DNA of 64,000 bases from sequence record NC_029103.1; one strand, 5' to 3'. The notes below the pieces were generated by a model that made no database searches, was not told where the DNA came from, and saw only the letters and a list, made by a program, of their open reading frames with translations. Below, piece by piece: positions 44,818 to 54,145 of this stretch. The position numbers and the translations under genes are program-made. The first letter of the stretch is position 1. Each line of letters opens with the position of its first letter.

Positions 44818-44943
44818 TTCTCTCGAAACTCATTCTTTTAAAGCCAATATTATTTTTCATTATTTTTCATCTCTCATGTTAACTCTTGTTTCAGATCATG
44901 CGGGAAGTCGTAGTTTTTAAACAAACTAGGACAAGATGATAGT

Positions 44944-45639
44944 ATGAATCCGTTTAGTGTGAACCCACCTACAATTGAAATGACACTATTCCCATTAGGC
45001 AGTTTACTAGTTGTAGTCATAACTACGTTATTAATGTATATTCTATACATTACAATAAAAAAATGTGAATCTAAAATAACATGTCGTGAGAAATTAAGTC
45101 CTGGAATGATTGAGTTAAAATCGGTGATTGCTGTCATGCCACGCTTCTTTTTATTTTTTGTAGTAATGACTTCACCATTATCTATCTTAACTATGTCTAC
45201 TATGATGTCTATAGCATTCGTCATAGGTTCGCTACTAGGCAAGATACGGAGTACTCTACCTGCTGATGTTGAAATTCTGGTCTCTTTTCTGTTTTTTGTT
45301 GTTAATATTATACTTGTGCATTATTTCTTTAGCAAATACGGTTCTGCATATAAATTACCATTTGTAGTTTTCAGAAGAAATGACATCAAACAGTATTTTA
45401 AAAGGCACAAAGACCTTCGTATTAAACTCCTTTTTATATATATGGTATTAGCATCGGGTTCTGTAACATATGGCATAACAATTTTCAACCTTTTAACGAA
45501 TCTCGCAACTTCACGTTCAATTATATCAACAATTGATACAAGCATAGTTATTACACTACTACTCGTTTATGTCATATTTAACAAAAAATATGAGAATGTT
45601 TTCAAGCTTGCGAAAAAAATATTTGGAATAAAGGAGTGA
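44944..45639 (+). CDS. Multi-TM membrane protein, paralog family C (copy 2)
   Basis: YFFSKYGSAYKLP and NKKYEN motifs. Confidence 0.7.
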   Translation: MNPFSVNPPTIEMTLFPLGSLLVVVITTLLMYILYITIKKCESKITCREKLSPGMIELKSVIAVMPRFFLFFVVMTSPLSILTMSTMMSIAFVIGSLLGKIRSTLPADVEILVSFLFFVVNIILVHYFFSKYGSAYKLPFVVFRRNDIKQYFKRHKDLRIKLLFIYMVLASGSVTYGITIFNLLTNLATSRSIISTIDTSIVITLLLVYVIFNKKYENVFKLAKKIFGIKE

Positions 45640-45670
45640 ACTTCTTTAAATTGGAAGGAGGTCTAAGCCT

Positions 45671-46430
45671 ATGAGAGTTGAACTTGTATCATATACAAAA
45701 GACGGAGAAAAGATAATTGCGATAGCCTCAAAGATGAGTAGGTCTAGGAAGGGTTGGGACTATCACTGGCAAAATATGACCGATGAAGAAATAGAGGAAT
45801 GGATAAGGGATGCAATAGTTCACGGATATTGGTCTGTGCTTGAACACAGTGTATACACTTTCTCGCTTGAAGGTATTTCAAGAGTAGCGTCACACCAATT
45901 GGTCAGGCACCGTATCGCTTCGTATACTCAAATGAGTCATCGCTTTGCAAAAACCAGTCGATGAATATTATCAGCCTGTTATACCGCCTTCTACTAAGAA
46001 TCGGGCTAGGCAAACTGTAGAGGAAGCGTATAGAGAAGCATATAACCACTATTATAAACTCCTAGAAGCTGGTGTACCTGAAGAAGATGCCCGTTACGTT
46101 TTACCGAACGGTGTCAACACGAACATTGTTGTGACCATGAACGCACGAGAACTTTACAACTTCTTTGCCCTGCGTTTGTGTTCAAGGACACAGTGGGAGA
46201 TACGTCAGGTGGCGTGGAAGATGCTCGAAGAAGTGAAGAAAGTACATCCTAGACTATTCCGTTATGCTGGGGCTAACTGTATTATCCACGAGAACTTTAT
46301 ACGTGACACGCCGATAACCCTAGACGAACTTAACGAGAAGACGGAGTTTATATCGATGCGTTGTATAGAAGGAGTCCCGAAAGAAGGGATTTATAAATGT
46401 ATACAAAACGCAAGAACTCGTTCTAGTTAA
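45671..46430 (+). CDS. thyX: Flavin-dependent thymidylate synthase (split by an extra A at about 45950)
   Basis: HWSVLEH and [11 protein letters not shown] (RHRx7S) motifs, LPNG...[12 protein letters not shown], and RLC.RTQWEIR. Confidence 0.93.
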
Positions 46431-46682
46431 CGAATAAGTCTAATTTTTCCTTTTCTTTTCTCCGTTTTTCATTAGTCAAGTTCTAGGGTGAAGGGGCAAC
46501 TACTAATTCTAACAGCTGTTTGAGAGTGAACGAAAGACCGACCCCTTAAAACCGAACTTTTCCGTGCAGGTAGGAACCCAGACATGGTGGATACGGATAT
46601 GTTTTCAGATAGTTGTTCCACGCCTTCTTTTCGTCTCCAGGGTTTCTCATCTCCTCCACCAGCTTCCTAACNANGNCTTTAT

Positions 46683-47132
46683 TTAGTAGAATTCGGTATA
46701 ACTATAGTNCCTTTCCTTGTTACATATTATGTCGTCTCCCTTAATTTTCTCAATCTTATTGCAGAAAACGAACAGTATATTGTCACTCATGAAAGCCTTC
46801 ACATTCTCTGAAGTGATCCTAAGTTCAATAGGAATAACTGTATTGTTCTCTTCGAGTACTAAGCCACAAAACACTACACATTTATCTTTATCTTCATCCC
46901 TGAAAAGGTGCAGTGAAATTAGTATACGTGGGTTTTCAGAGAAGGGAATATCTCCAAAGTATACTATTGCCGGGGTACCCTCTNCAGTCTCTCTAACGAA
47001 AGGTATGCGTAAGCCTAGATTATTTATTGCTACCCTGAGTTCGTCCGGATTTTCAGTATTGNNAAAACTAAATTTCATTTCTATCAGACCCCAATACAAT
47101 CTCTTCATTTGATTTTCTTTTAAAGCCAACAA
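46683..47132 (-). CDS. Hypothetical protein
   Basis: ~140-aa ORF. Confidence 0.5.
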   Translation of the reverse strand: MLALKENQMKRLYWGLIEMKFSFXNTENPDELRVAINNLGLRIPFVRETXEGTPAIVYFGDIPFSENPRILISLHLFRDEDKDKCVVFCGLVLEENNTVIPIELRITSENVKAFMSDNILFVFCNKIEKIKGDDIICNKERXYSYTEFY

Positions 47133-47577
47133 GTAGAAATATTGTANNANNANTAATATTTTATTTACCCCGTTTATATCTGTGGTTCTTTTTTATACNA
47201 GTAGCGATATTTTATTTACGTAGATATTTATTGAGACAGTTCTTATATTTANAGTGATATTTTCCCTATCAAATTTTATTCTATGCTACGAGTNATAATA
47301 ATATCTCTCACTTGTAAAAGATTTTCAATAATAATATTTTACATGTTTTGTTTTTGCTCAATAACATGCCAAATTCTCAAAATGTTTCGATTTTNNTAGC
47401 CAAACTATTTGGTTGAGGGAAATCGTGAATACGTAGAACTATGGTTAAGGTAAATTAAGCAGTTTTGAAGGACTGGGAACTAACCTATTATACTAATTAA
47501 ATATAAACAAAAACATATTTTCAAAAAGCCGACTTCTTCCCCTGCCANGGCAGGTCTTTCAGTCCCTGGCACTGAAT

Positions 47578-48624
47578 CTATGATGAATGCGTCAACCGTA
47601 TCTTGAAACTGTGAACGCGGGGATGTTTAAACACCAGAGTCCTCAGGACATTGTATGTAAGCTTTTTGACATGCCTCTCTTTTCTGTATGTATACTCTAC
47701 AATAAAGCGACCAAAACCTATTTTGTAGTCTTGTTGTTTTTTCTTTTTCTTCTCTTCTGACTTAGATTTTGCATCAAACTTCGGAAAAGCCTCATAAACC
47801 TCTCTTGCCTCTTTCCTACGTTGTTTTTTCTTTTTCTTCTCTTCTGACTTAGATTTTGCATCAAACTTCGGAAAAGCCTCATAAACCTCTCTTGCCTCTT
47901 TCCTGCGGTTGTCTCTTAGGAGAAGCAGTATTACTGCTATTTTGATAACGTGTATATTATTGATTTTTGAGAACTTATCAAGTAGATTTAGGTAGCCGTA
48001 CTTATGCAGAAGATTGTATTTGTACTCTTCTATGAACTTTCTGCGTATTTCTGCTTTCGCTTTTATTTCAGCTTCTGATAAATACAGTTTATGATTTAAA
48101 ATATAATTCAAATTCTTTATCGTATTGGATAGTTTTTGTCTTGCGTTATCCTCATCGTCCTGAGTGAAATTCAGAATAATTGGTATGACAGAGTCAAATT
48201 CAACGTTACAGTACTTTATAGCAAAAGCACCGATGATATACAGCTTTCCTCTTATTTTGTTGTTGGCAATTACTTTTTCTGCAATTGTTGTAAAGAGAGC
48301 TTTTTGTGTAGAATTTGTAATTAAAATAGATAGTCTATACGCGAACGTATAGTAATTTTGTTTTCTTTCAAAAAACTTTGTAGGAAGAGTACCAATACCT
48401 CGGTTTGGTAAGAGAGCGTAATGGTGTTGGTAATGAGAATAGAGTTTATCGGCTTTAGATTCTTTTTCTAGTCCTTCCGTGTTAGTAACTAAAAACATGT
48501 CGTAGTCATAGTCAATAACTTCCCCCGTATCCGCACAGACGGTGTAGATACCGTCTGTGATGATTTCTTTACAATTGTCTGTTTGAGTTAGACTGATTTG
48601 GTTATGAACGATAGCTTCTGTCAT
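47578..48624 (-). CDS. Divergent TFB/TFIIB-like protein
   Basis: Ribbon-like C...VCADTGEVI, reader-like LLPNRGIGT and cyclin-like KIRGK...GAFAIKYC in TFB order. Confidence 0.55.
   Translation of the reverse strand: MTEAIVHNQISLTQTDNCKEIITDGIYTVCADTGEVIDYDYDMFLVTNTEGLEKESKADKLYSHYQHHYALLPNRGIGTLPTKFFERKQNYYTFAYRLSILITNSTQKALFTTIAEKVIANNKIRGKLYIIGAFAIKYCNVEFDSVIPIILNFTQDDEDNARQKLSNTIKNLNYILNHKLYLSEAEIKAKAEIRRKFIEEYKYNLLHKYGYLNLLDKFSKINNIHVIKIAVILLLLRDNRRKEAREVYEAFPKFDAKSKSEEKKKKKQRRKEAREVYEAFPKFDAKSKSEEKKKKKQQDYKIGFGRFIVEYTYRKERHVKKLTYNVLRTLVFKHPRVHSFKIRLTHSS
47734..47904. repeat. Near-perfect 87-bp tandem duplication (29 aa) inside the TFB-like gene
   Basis: RRKEAREVYEAFPKFDAKSKSEEKKKKKQ occurs twice. 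Confidence 0.95.
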
Positions 48625-48811
48625 ACTGAGTCTCAGTCATAAACAGCTGTTTAAAAATATTTAACACCATTAACAGGGTAGTATCCTTGACAAAACAAAC
48701 GGCAAGCATAGCCCCTTCTAGGGGAGGACGTCAGACGGAGCTAATTATCCTTGAGAAAGAATACAAGAAGATGATGAGGAAAAAAGGCAGGGTAAAAATT
48801 AATTTGATTTA

Positions 48812-49051
48812 CTATTTCTTCTGACTTATATACTCTAGTACTTTCTTTAAATGTAAGTCTTGTTTCTCTCTATTGCTTATTTCCAAGGCTATTTTTATTG
48901 CCCTTAACAATGTGTCCCTTTGCTTTCTCAGTTTTTCGTTTTCTCTTTCGAGTCTTTCTATCTTTTTCTCTAAGACTGTTATGGTATCTAGTGCCTTTCT
49001 ATATTCAATTTCTAGTTCTGTATTTCTCTGAATGATGTCTTTTATTGTCAT
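48812..49051 (-). CDS. Coiled-coil/leucine-zipper protein (start MTIKD at 49051)
   Basis: Heptad pattern; CTAAC-type promoter at 49085-49111. Confidence 0.7.
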   Translation of the reverse strand: MTIKDIIQRNTELEIEYRKALDTITVLEKKIERLERENEKLRKQRDTLLRAIKIALEISNREKQDLHLKKVLEYISQKK

Positions 49052-49241
49052 GTTATTCCCTAGTCTATATGTTTTTAGTTGATATTTTAAGCTTTCTGTC
49101 AAACGAGTTAGGATGATACTGAGGGTAAGAAAGAGAAGTGGAAATAGACATTAGAAGAAGGAGAGAGAAATGGATTAGGTTAGGGGCTAAAAATAGAAAG
49201 GATAAAATAAAAAATAACGTAACTTGGTACCGTTATAACCG

Positions 49242-49418
49242 TTATAACCTTATTTTCTCTACTTTAGCAACAGGAACGTTCTCTTTTTCTAATTCTCTCC
49301 TTACAAAATCCTTGATTGCTACTCTGATAGCTTCTGACCTATACATGTTATTTCTTATTGCATATCTGTCTAATAGTTCCAATAGGTCTTCTTCTACCTT
49401 AAATGTTACGACTCTCAT
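49242..49418 (-). CDS. Ribbon-helix-helix (CopG-type) regulator, 58 aa, missing from the ORF track
   Basis: Translated by hand: [58 protein letters not shown]; GGGG RBS. Confidence 0.88.
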   Translation of the reverse strand: MRVVTFKVEEDLLELLDRYAIRNNMYRSEAIRVAIKDFVRRELEKENVPVAKVEKIRL

Positions 49419-49547
49419 TTTTCCCCGGTTTAAGTATTACTCTTGGTTGGTATTTAAGCTTTCTGGCTAACGAGTTAGGACGAAAGGGCGAGACGGTTAG
49501 AATGACTCTGTATAACAGCTGTTTCATAAAAAATGGGGGTTCAAAGC

Positions 49548-49584
49548 AGGTGGAAAGCCTCGTCCCTTAGTGCTGGGTAGCTCA
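49548..49584 (+). mobile_element. Solo IS605 right-end remnant
   Basis: GGAAAGCCTCGTCCCTTAGTGCTGGGTAGCTCA resembles 63225-63262 and 60613-60654. Confidence 0.6.
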
Positions 49585-49589
49585 ATTGG

Positions 49590-49841
49590 TTAAGAGGACA
49601 AAAGTTCACGCTCTAACTTGTCTAATTTGTCCCTCGCAGTATCAATAATATATCCTACTTGGTTTTCCATCGAATCTATGAGGTCTTCCACCACATTATC
49701 TTCTACTTTGTAATGTTTACCGTTAATTTTTACGTTTTTCCCTTCAATACGAATAAAGTAATCATGTGACTTTACCCCTGATTGCAAAACCAATTTTATT
49801 ACGTCAGATAGAATCTGTCTTGAATATTTATTGAAATCCAT
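49590..49841 (-). CDS. Small hypothetical protein
   Basis: 83-aa ORF. Confidence 0.55.
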   Translation of the reverse strand: MDFNKYSRQILSDVIKLVLQSGVKSHDYFIRIEGKNVKINGKHYKVEDNVVEDLIDSMENQVGYIIDTARDKLDKLERELLSS

Positions 49842-49903
49842 CTTAATTTTGAAAACTTCTTCAGGTTCACCGTCACTTTTTCTTTTTTTAATAGTGAGCG
49901 ATT

Positions 49904-50485
49904 TTAGAAGAGAATAAAAACACTATAAATGTATTCTGGAGAATCTGCCTCATAGAAATGTAACTTAGGGGTTCTATGCCTGTATGCATAATCTATGAAA
50001 ACTTTATCAAAATCTAACGTAAAATGATGGGATGAGAAATCTTTTTTGATATAGGAGAGTATTGTATGTACAAGTTTGCCTATTAAATTTGACATTTTAT
50101 TTTTGTCTGCTTCCATCTCTTCCCCGTTAACGTTTAGTACAAAGATATCTTCAACAAATTTTTTCATAACGTATTTTAACTCCACTGAATTACCAAACTC
50201 GCTTAAAATCTTCCCAATCTGCTTTGAAAGATTAGAGTTATCGGTATTCTTATTAACCAGTTCAAAGTTTCCCGAAAAGCGGTCTTCTATGCTTACCTTA
50301 TAACCAGTCTGGTTTATAGTGAATGTAACGCTACCTCCAAGGTAATTTAACCTAAGGGTTAATATCTCTCCTGGAACTTTGTTGTAGCGGATATAAGATC
50401 CAAGCACATTGTTACTTAACAAATGCTCATTTTCCGTCAGTTCCTGTTCCTTCTTTTCCTTTTCGCCCCAGAACTCCTGAGACAT
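49904..50485 (-). CDS. Hypothetical protein (start MSQEFW at 50485)
   Basis: GGAGGG RBS; operator and TATA at 50509. Confidence 0.65.
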   Translation of the reverse strand: MSQEFWGEKEKKEQELTENEHLLSNNVLGSYIRYNKVPGEILTLRLNYLGGSVTFTINQTGYKVSIEDRFSGNFELVNKNTDNSNLSKQIGKILSEFGNSVELKYVMKKFVEDIFVLNVNGEEMEADKNKMSNLIGKLVHTILSYIKKDFSSHHFTLDFDKVFIDYAYRHRTPKLHFYEADSPEYIYSVFILF

Positions 50486-50682
50486 TCTGCCCTCCATTTT
50501 ATACTCTCAAACAGCTGTTTAAAAATGTTCTGCCATGAACCGCAGGGTAGCACGAATGATTTCCTCACTGATTGAAAACCTTAGGTATCAAGGAGCTGAG
50601 AAAAAGAGTGTAAAGCAAAGGAAAGAACGGAGCGAATAATATAAAAATAAGAAATGTATAATATAGGGGGAGGGGAAAAGAG

Positions 50683-51366
50683 GTGGGTCGTTCAATCAAT
50701 ATATCTTCTTCGGAGGTTAATAAACCTTTTGCTCAAATAATTTATGATGTAAAGGGAGAAATTATAAGGACTTTTGGAATTTTGAGGAAAAAATTACTCG
50801 GAGTAAAGGACGTAATCGACCTTATAAACATACCGGCGTGGATAAAATCGCGTCTAAAGGACGAGAACGGTAGTGTAGAAGTATTAGAAGAAGGATACGG
50901 GAATAGAATACTCATAATTAAACTGGAGGATCCAGTGACCGATGACTGGACTAAGAAACAGAGAAAAACGGCTTTCGTTATCTATTTCTCATTTCAAACT
51001 TCAAAGCCCGTCGTACCTGCTCAACTACCATGGAAACTCAATCAGATCTACAAAATTGTCAATAAACTGCGAGCCAAAGGTTATCATGTTTTCCCTGGAA
51101 TCGTTGCTTTTTCATTCACTCAAGGAGCCAAAGAAATACTAAAGAAACATAAAGTAGAAGCATTTACAACGCTGGACTCGGTAAAACAATGGATATATAA
51201 CAAGATAATTTTCAGATTACAAAAATTAGTTGAAATAGCAAAATTCACATTTAAATTTGACAAGATATTTGTCTTTCTCAGGTCGATCATTCAGGAGCTG
51301 GGCTATGATATCCCAGACCAGCTCCTTGAAGTTTGGGCATTAAAGCCCAAGTTCCCGGAGCGTTGA
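50683..51366 (+). CDS. Basic hypothetical protein flanking the candidate origin
   Basis: 227-aa ORF. Confidence 0.65.
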   Translation: MGRSINISSSEVNKPFAQIIYDVKGEIIRTFGILRKKLLGVKDVIDLINIPAWIKSRLKDENGSVEVLEEGYGNRILIIKLEDPVTDDWTKKQRKTAFVIYFSFQTSKPVVPAQLPWKLNQIYKIVNKLRAKGYHVFPGIVAFSFTQGAKEILKKHKVEAFTTLDSVKQWIYNKIIFRLQKLVEIAKFTFKFDKIFVFLRSIIQELGYDIPDQLLEVWALKPKFPER

Positions 51367-51988
51367 AAAAGGCAGAGGGTCTGTCATCTAATTCTATCAA
51401 CTATTTTTCTCAGTCTTGTAATAAATATTCAGAGGACATTAAACTTCAAAATTAATTTCAAAATAATTCTTCTACCTTTTATAAAATTCTTTACAATTCA
51501 ATCTTGTAAAGTTGTGACTTATTACAAAATTTTCACATAGAACTACACTATTTTCATTTTATTTCTTTATATTAACAGAAACTCTGGAAAGACGTGAACA
51601 GAAATAAATTACAATTATTAAGGGAATGAACAGATATTTTTCCTAAAATAACGTGTTTTATAAAGAGAAATTTTTAGGATAAGGGCAAAAATTAACGACG
51701 TGAACAGAACCAGGGTGACTGTTGCACGTATATAGTATACTGTAAAAGTAACTATATCTAATAATCTAATCTAATATAAGGAACTACTAGGACGAGCTAC
51801 TGCAAAGTACGTAGTTTTTAGTAAAGGCAGTACACACTACAGCACACCACTGTACGCTACAGCACTCCAACCTGGCTTTAACACACCCTTACTTTTTGTT
51901 TATTATATTAAGGGGTTAATTTCGCCGAGTTGTTACTTTTTCACTAAGTCTCTTAGTCTAGTGATAAAAATTAGGATAAAGTTATAAA
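51367..51988. other. Long AT-rich non-coding region, candidate replication origin
   Basis: No ORF of 60 aa or more; GACGTGAACAGAA at 51591 and 51697 plus related AACAGA(A) copies; CTACAGCAC twice near 51840-51865. Confidence 0.4.
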
Positions 51989-52282
51989 TTGAGTTTTGCA
52001 TATATTCAAATTATGAAAAACATTTCGGGAAACAAGTATAATAATACTATTGCTCCTATGACAGAGGAAGAGTACGTAAAAGCGAGGGAATTCTATAAGT
52101 TTCTAGTAAGTATAACCAAGTGCAACAATGGGATCTTGACAATCGACAGGGAGAAGCTGATCGATATTGCATCTGCTTATATGGACTGTACTCCCATTGA
52201 GGCATACAACATACTGCTGAAGATGAAATCTTACGGCTGGGTAATTGCTTTAGATAAAGACTACATTGCAGTTAAGGTCTGA
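51989..52282 (+). CDS. Winged-helix-like DNA-binding protein
   Basis: REKLIDIASAYMDCTPIEAYNILLKMKSYGWV fits a wHTH followed by a wing. Confidence 0.6.
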   Translation: MSFAYIQIMKNISGNKYNNTIAPMTEEEYVKAREFYKFLVSITKCNNGILTIDREKLIDIASAYMDCTPIEAYNILLKMKSYGWVIALDKDYIAVKV

Positions 52283-52649
52283 CTTTCTTTTCGCGAGTGT
52301 TCTCCGCTCGGTTCTGTCTCAGCGGGCTGAGGTTGTCTGGCTATCCCTAAAACAGCTGTTTGTGGATTCATTTTCATGATCATCCCAGCTCACTCGCCAA
52401 ACTTGTATCGCCCTTTTTTGAATCATTAACTTTTTATCTGAATTTAACTTAGATTTAAACTGACCCATATATCACACCTCTTTTTTCTGATTTGTGACGA
52501 AGACGGAAAAACGGATTATGACGAGAGGAGTCCCAACATCCTCCTCTCCTTTTCCATATTTTCTTAATATTCGAGCTTCCCGTCGCGGTTCTGTCCAACT
52601 CGTTAGAGATTTAAATAACAGCATGGAGGAGTAGAAACTGGGGTTTAAG

Positions 52650-53240
52650 ATGATATTAGCAATAGGCTATAACCCAATAATCGAGAAACTTCAAGACATC
52701 ACTGGTTACATAATATACCCAAGGTTCTTCGACGACAAGAAGACATTACTCATAGACAGGAATTATAAGAGATACCTTAAGGAGCTTTGGTTTAACAAGA
52801 ACAGGATAGAAGTAGCGTTGTACCCTGACAATATTGACTACCTCCTTCCAGTCCCAAAGGACATAACTTACGTCGTTCCTATTCATACCCTGAGTCAGTT
52901 AGAAATTGCCGACAAGCTTACGGAAAATAACTATAAGGTGATAACTGGGTACGCCTCAGACCAGAAGTACAGGGACTATACCATTGACGACTTCATCAAG
53001 GCGTCTAAATACAAGAATTGGTACCTGGGCATTTCCACCAAACATGAGCTGAAAGAAGCCATGCTCTATTCATTCGATTACGGAGACATCACGTTAATGT
53101 TGCTCGGTAGATTCCAGCAGTTAAAGGACATTAACTACGTGAGGAGGAAGCTGAAAGAACTGTCACAACTGGTAAGCAGGCATGGAAAACAACTTACTCT
53201 GTTCGATTTTTCACAAAGCAACGGCACCTCGAACCTCTAG
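52650..53240 (+). CDS. Hypothetical protein, possible degenerate TGT-like barrel with C-terminal PIP-like motif
   Basis: LYPD, VVPIH, WYLG and DYGD motifs; QLTLFDF at the C-terminus. Confidence 0.6.
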   Translation: MILAIGYNPIIEKLQDITGYIIYPRFFDDKKTLLIDRNYKRYLKELWFNKNRIEVALYPDNIDYLLPVPKDITYVVPIHTLSQLEIADKLTENNYKVITGYASDQKYRDYTIDDFIKASKYKNWYLGISTKHELKEAMLYSFDYGDITLMLLGRFQQLKDINYVRRKLKELSQLVSRHGKQLTLFDFSQSNGTSNL

Positions 53241-53377
53241 CGGGTTTTTTATCATACTCTCTCCTAAACAGCTGTTTTAGAGTTTCTGCTCACCTGCTCG
53301 CCCGTCGCAGTTCTGCTAACCTGTTAGGCAGAAAATTTATATACCAGACTGCAAAGAGTATAAGTGGGGATAAAAAA

Positions 53378-53836
53378 ATGTCAACCCCACAAACACAAAC
53401 CCAACCTCAAACCCAAGCACAAATTCCAAGATACGAGAACTGTCTTCTTGTCACGAGGCATAAGCTCTTAGAACAACAGGAAGAAGACCTAATGAAAATT
53501 TGTAATAAGGTGTCAAGAGTGGAAATGCTCCCTGTAGATCTCAATGAACTAAAGAGAACGGTGGATTTCTATGATGCAGTGATTGGAATAGTTCCTTTAC
53601 CGCTCCAAGTACAAATATTACAAATGAAGAAACCGGTTTTGCTTTTCGAAATGATAGCAATAGGTACAGCAAAAACACATGAGGAAGCGGAAGAGATGTT
53701 AGCAAAGACAGGGAAGCAAGGGATAATCCTTCCCCCAGTACGTAGCGGAGAACCGTTCCGGGTATCAGTATATAAGGGAGTGATCTTGGTGAAAGAAATA
53801 AAAGTTGTTGATGAACCAATCATACAACACTGGTAA
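53378..53836 (+). CDS. Csx16/Crn4-like protein (candidate viral cyclic-oligoadenylate ring nuclease)
   Basis: LLVTRH ... DAVIGIVPLPLQVQI parallels Csx16 (FVTRH ... DTVIGTLPVHLAAEV). Confidence 0.5.
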   Translation: MSTPQTQTQPQTQAQIPRYENCLLVTRHKLLEQQEEDLMKICNKVSRVEMLPVDLNELKRTVDFYDAVIGIVPLPLQVQILQMKKPVLLFEMIAIGTAKTHEEAEEMLAKTGKQGIILPPVRSGEPFRVSVYKGVILVKEIKVVDEPIIQHW

Positions 53837-53845
53837 GTGATCAAG

Positions 53846-53989
53846 ATGAACTGCCTAGAATACTTGAGCGAAAAATATAACCTAAGGGGCTATAGTCCCG
53901 ATACATATCTAATTTTGATAGAAGCAACAAATTTGTCACCAGATGAGTGCGAAAGCTTATTTGCCTATGCAGAAGCCACATACGGTTAA
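53846..53989 (+). CDS. 47-aa protein missing from the ORF track
   Basis: MNCLEYLSEKYNLRGYSPDTYLILIEATNLSPDECESLFAYAEATYG, starting 9 bp after the previous stop, followed by a T-tract. Confidence 0.55.
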   Translation: MNCLEYLSEKYNLRGYSPDTYLILIEATNLSPDECESLFAYAEATYG

Positions 53990-54145
53990 AAGCCAGCCCG
54001 TTTTTTTATGCTCTGCTCTCTCAAACAGCTGTTTGAGAATTTTAGCTTGCCTGCCCGCTCCTGCCCGCTCGGATGTTTCTTCATAACCTGTTAGGCAGAA
54101 AATTTATATATCAAACCGACGAAGTATAAATGTGGTGGTAATATA

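Noticed and set aside
45945-45964. Programmed frameshift in thyX (likewise tnpB at ~62990, the hydrolase at ~57727 and the giant gene)
   Set aside because: The thyX, tnpB and hydrolase breaks are each a single extra base in a short homopolymer, in a consensus with many Ns. Sequencing error is simpler, also for the N-rich giant gene. Raw reads are needed to be sure.
49138-49470. 110-aa plus-strand ORF
   Set aside because: Antisense to the much better supported RHH gene at 49242-49418.
49571-49600. GCTGGGTAGCTCAATTGGTTAAGAG looks like a tRNA 5' end or attP
   Set aside because: No anticodon or T arm follows; GGGTAGCTCA is better explained as an IS605 right-end remnant.
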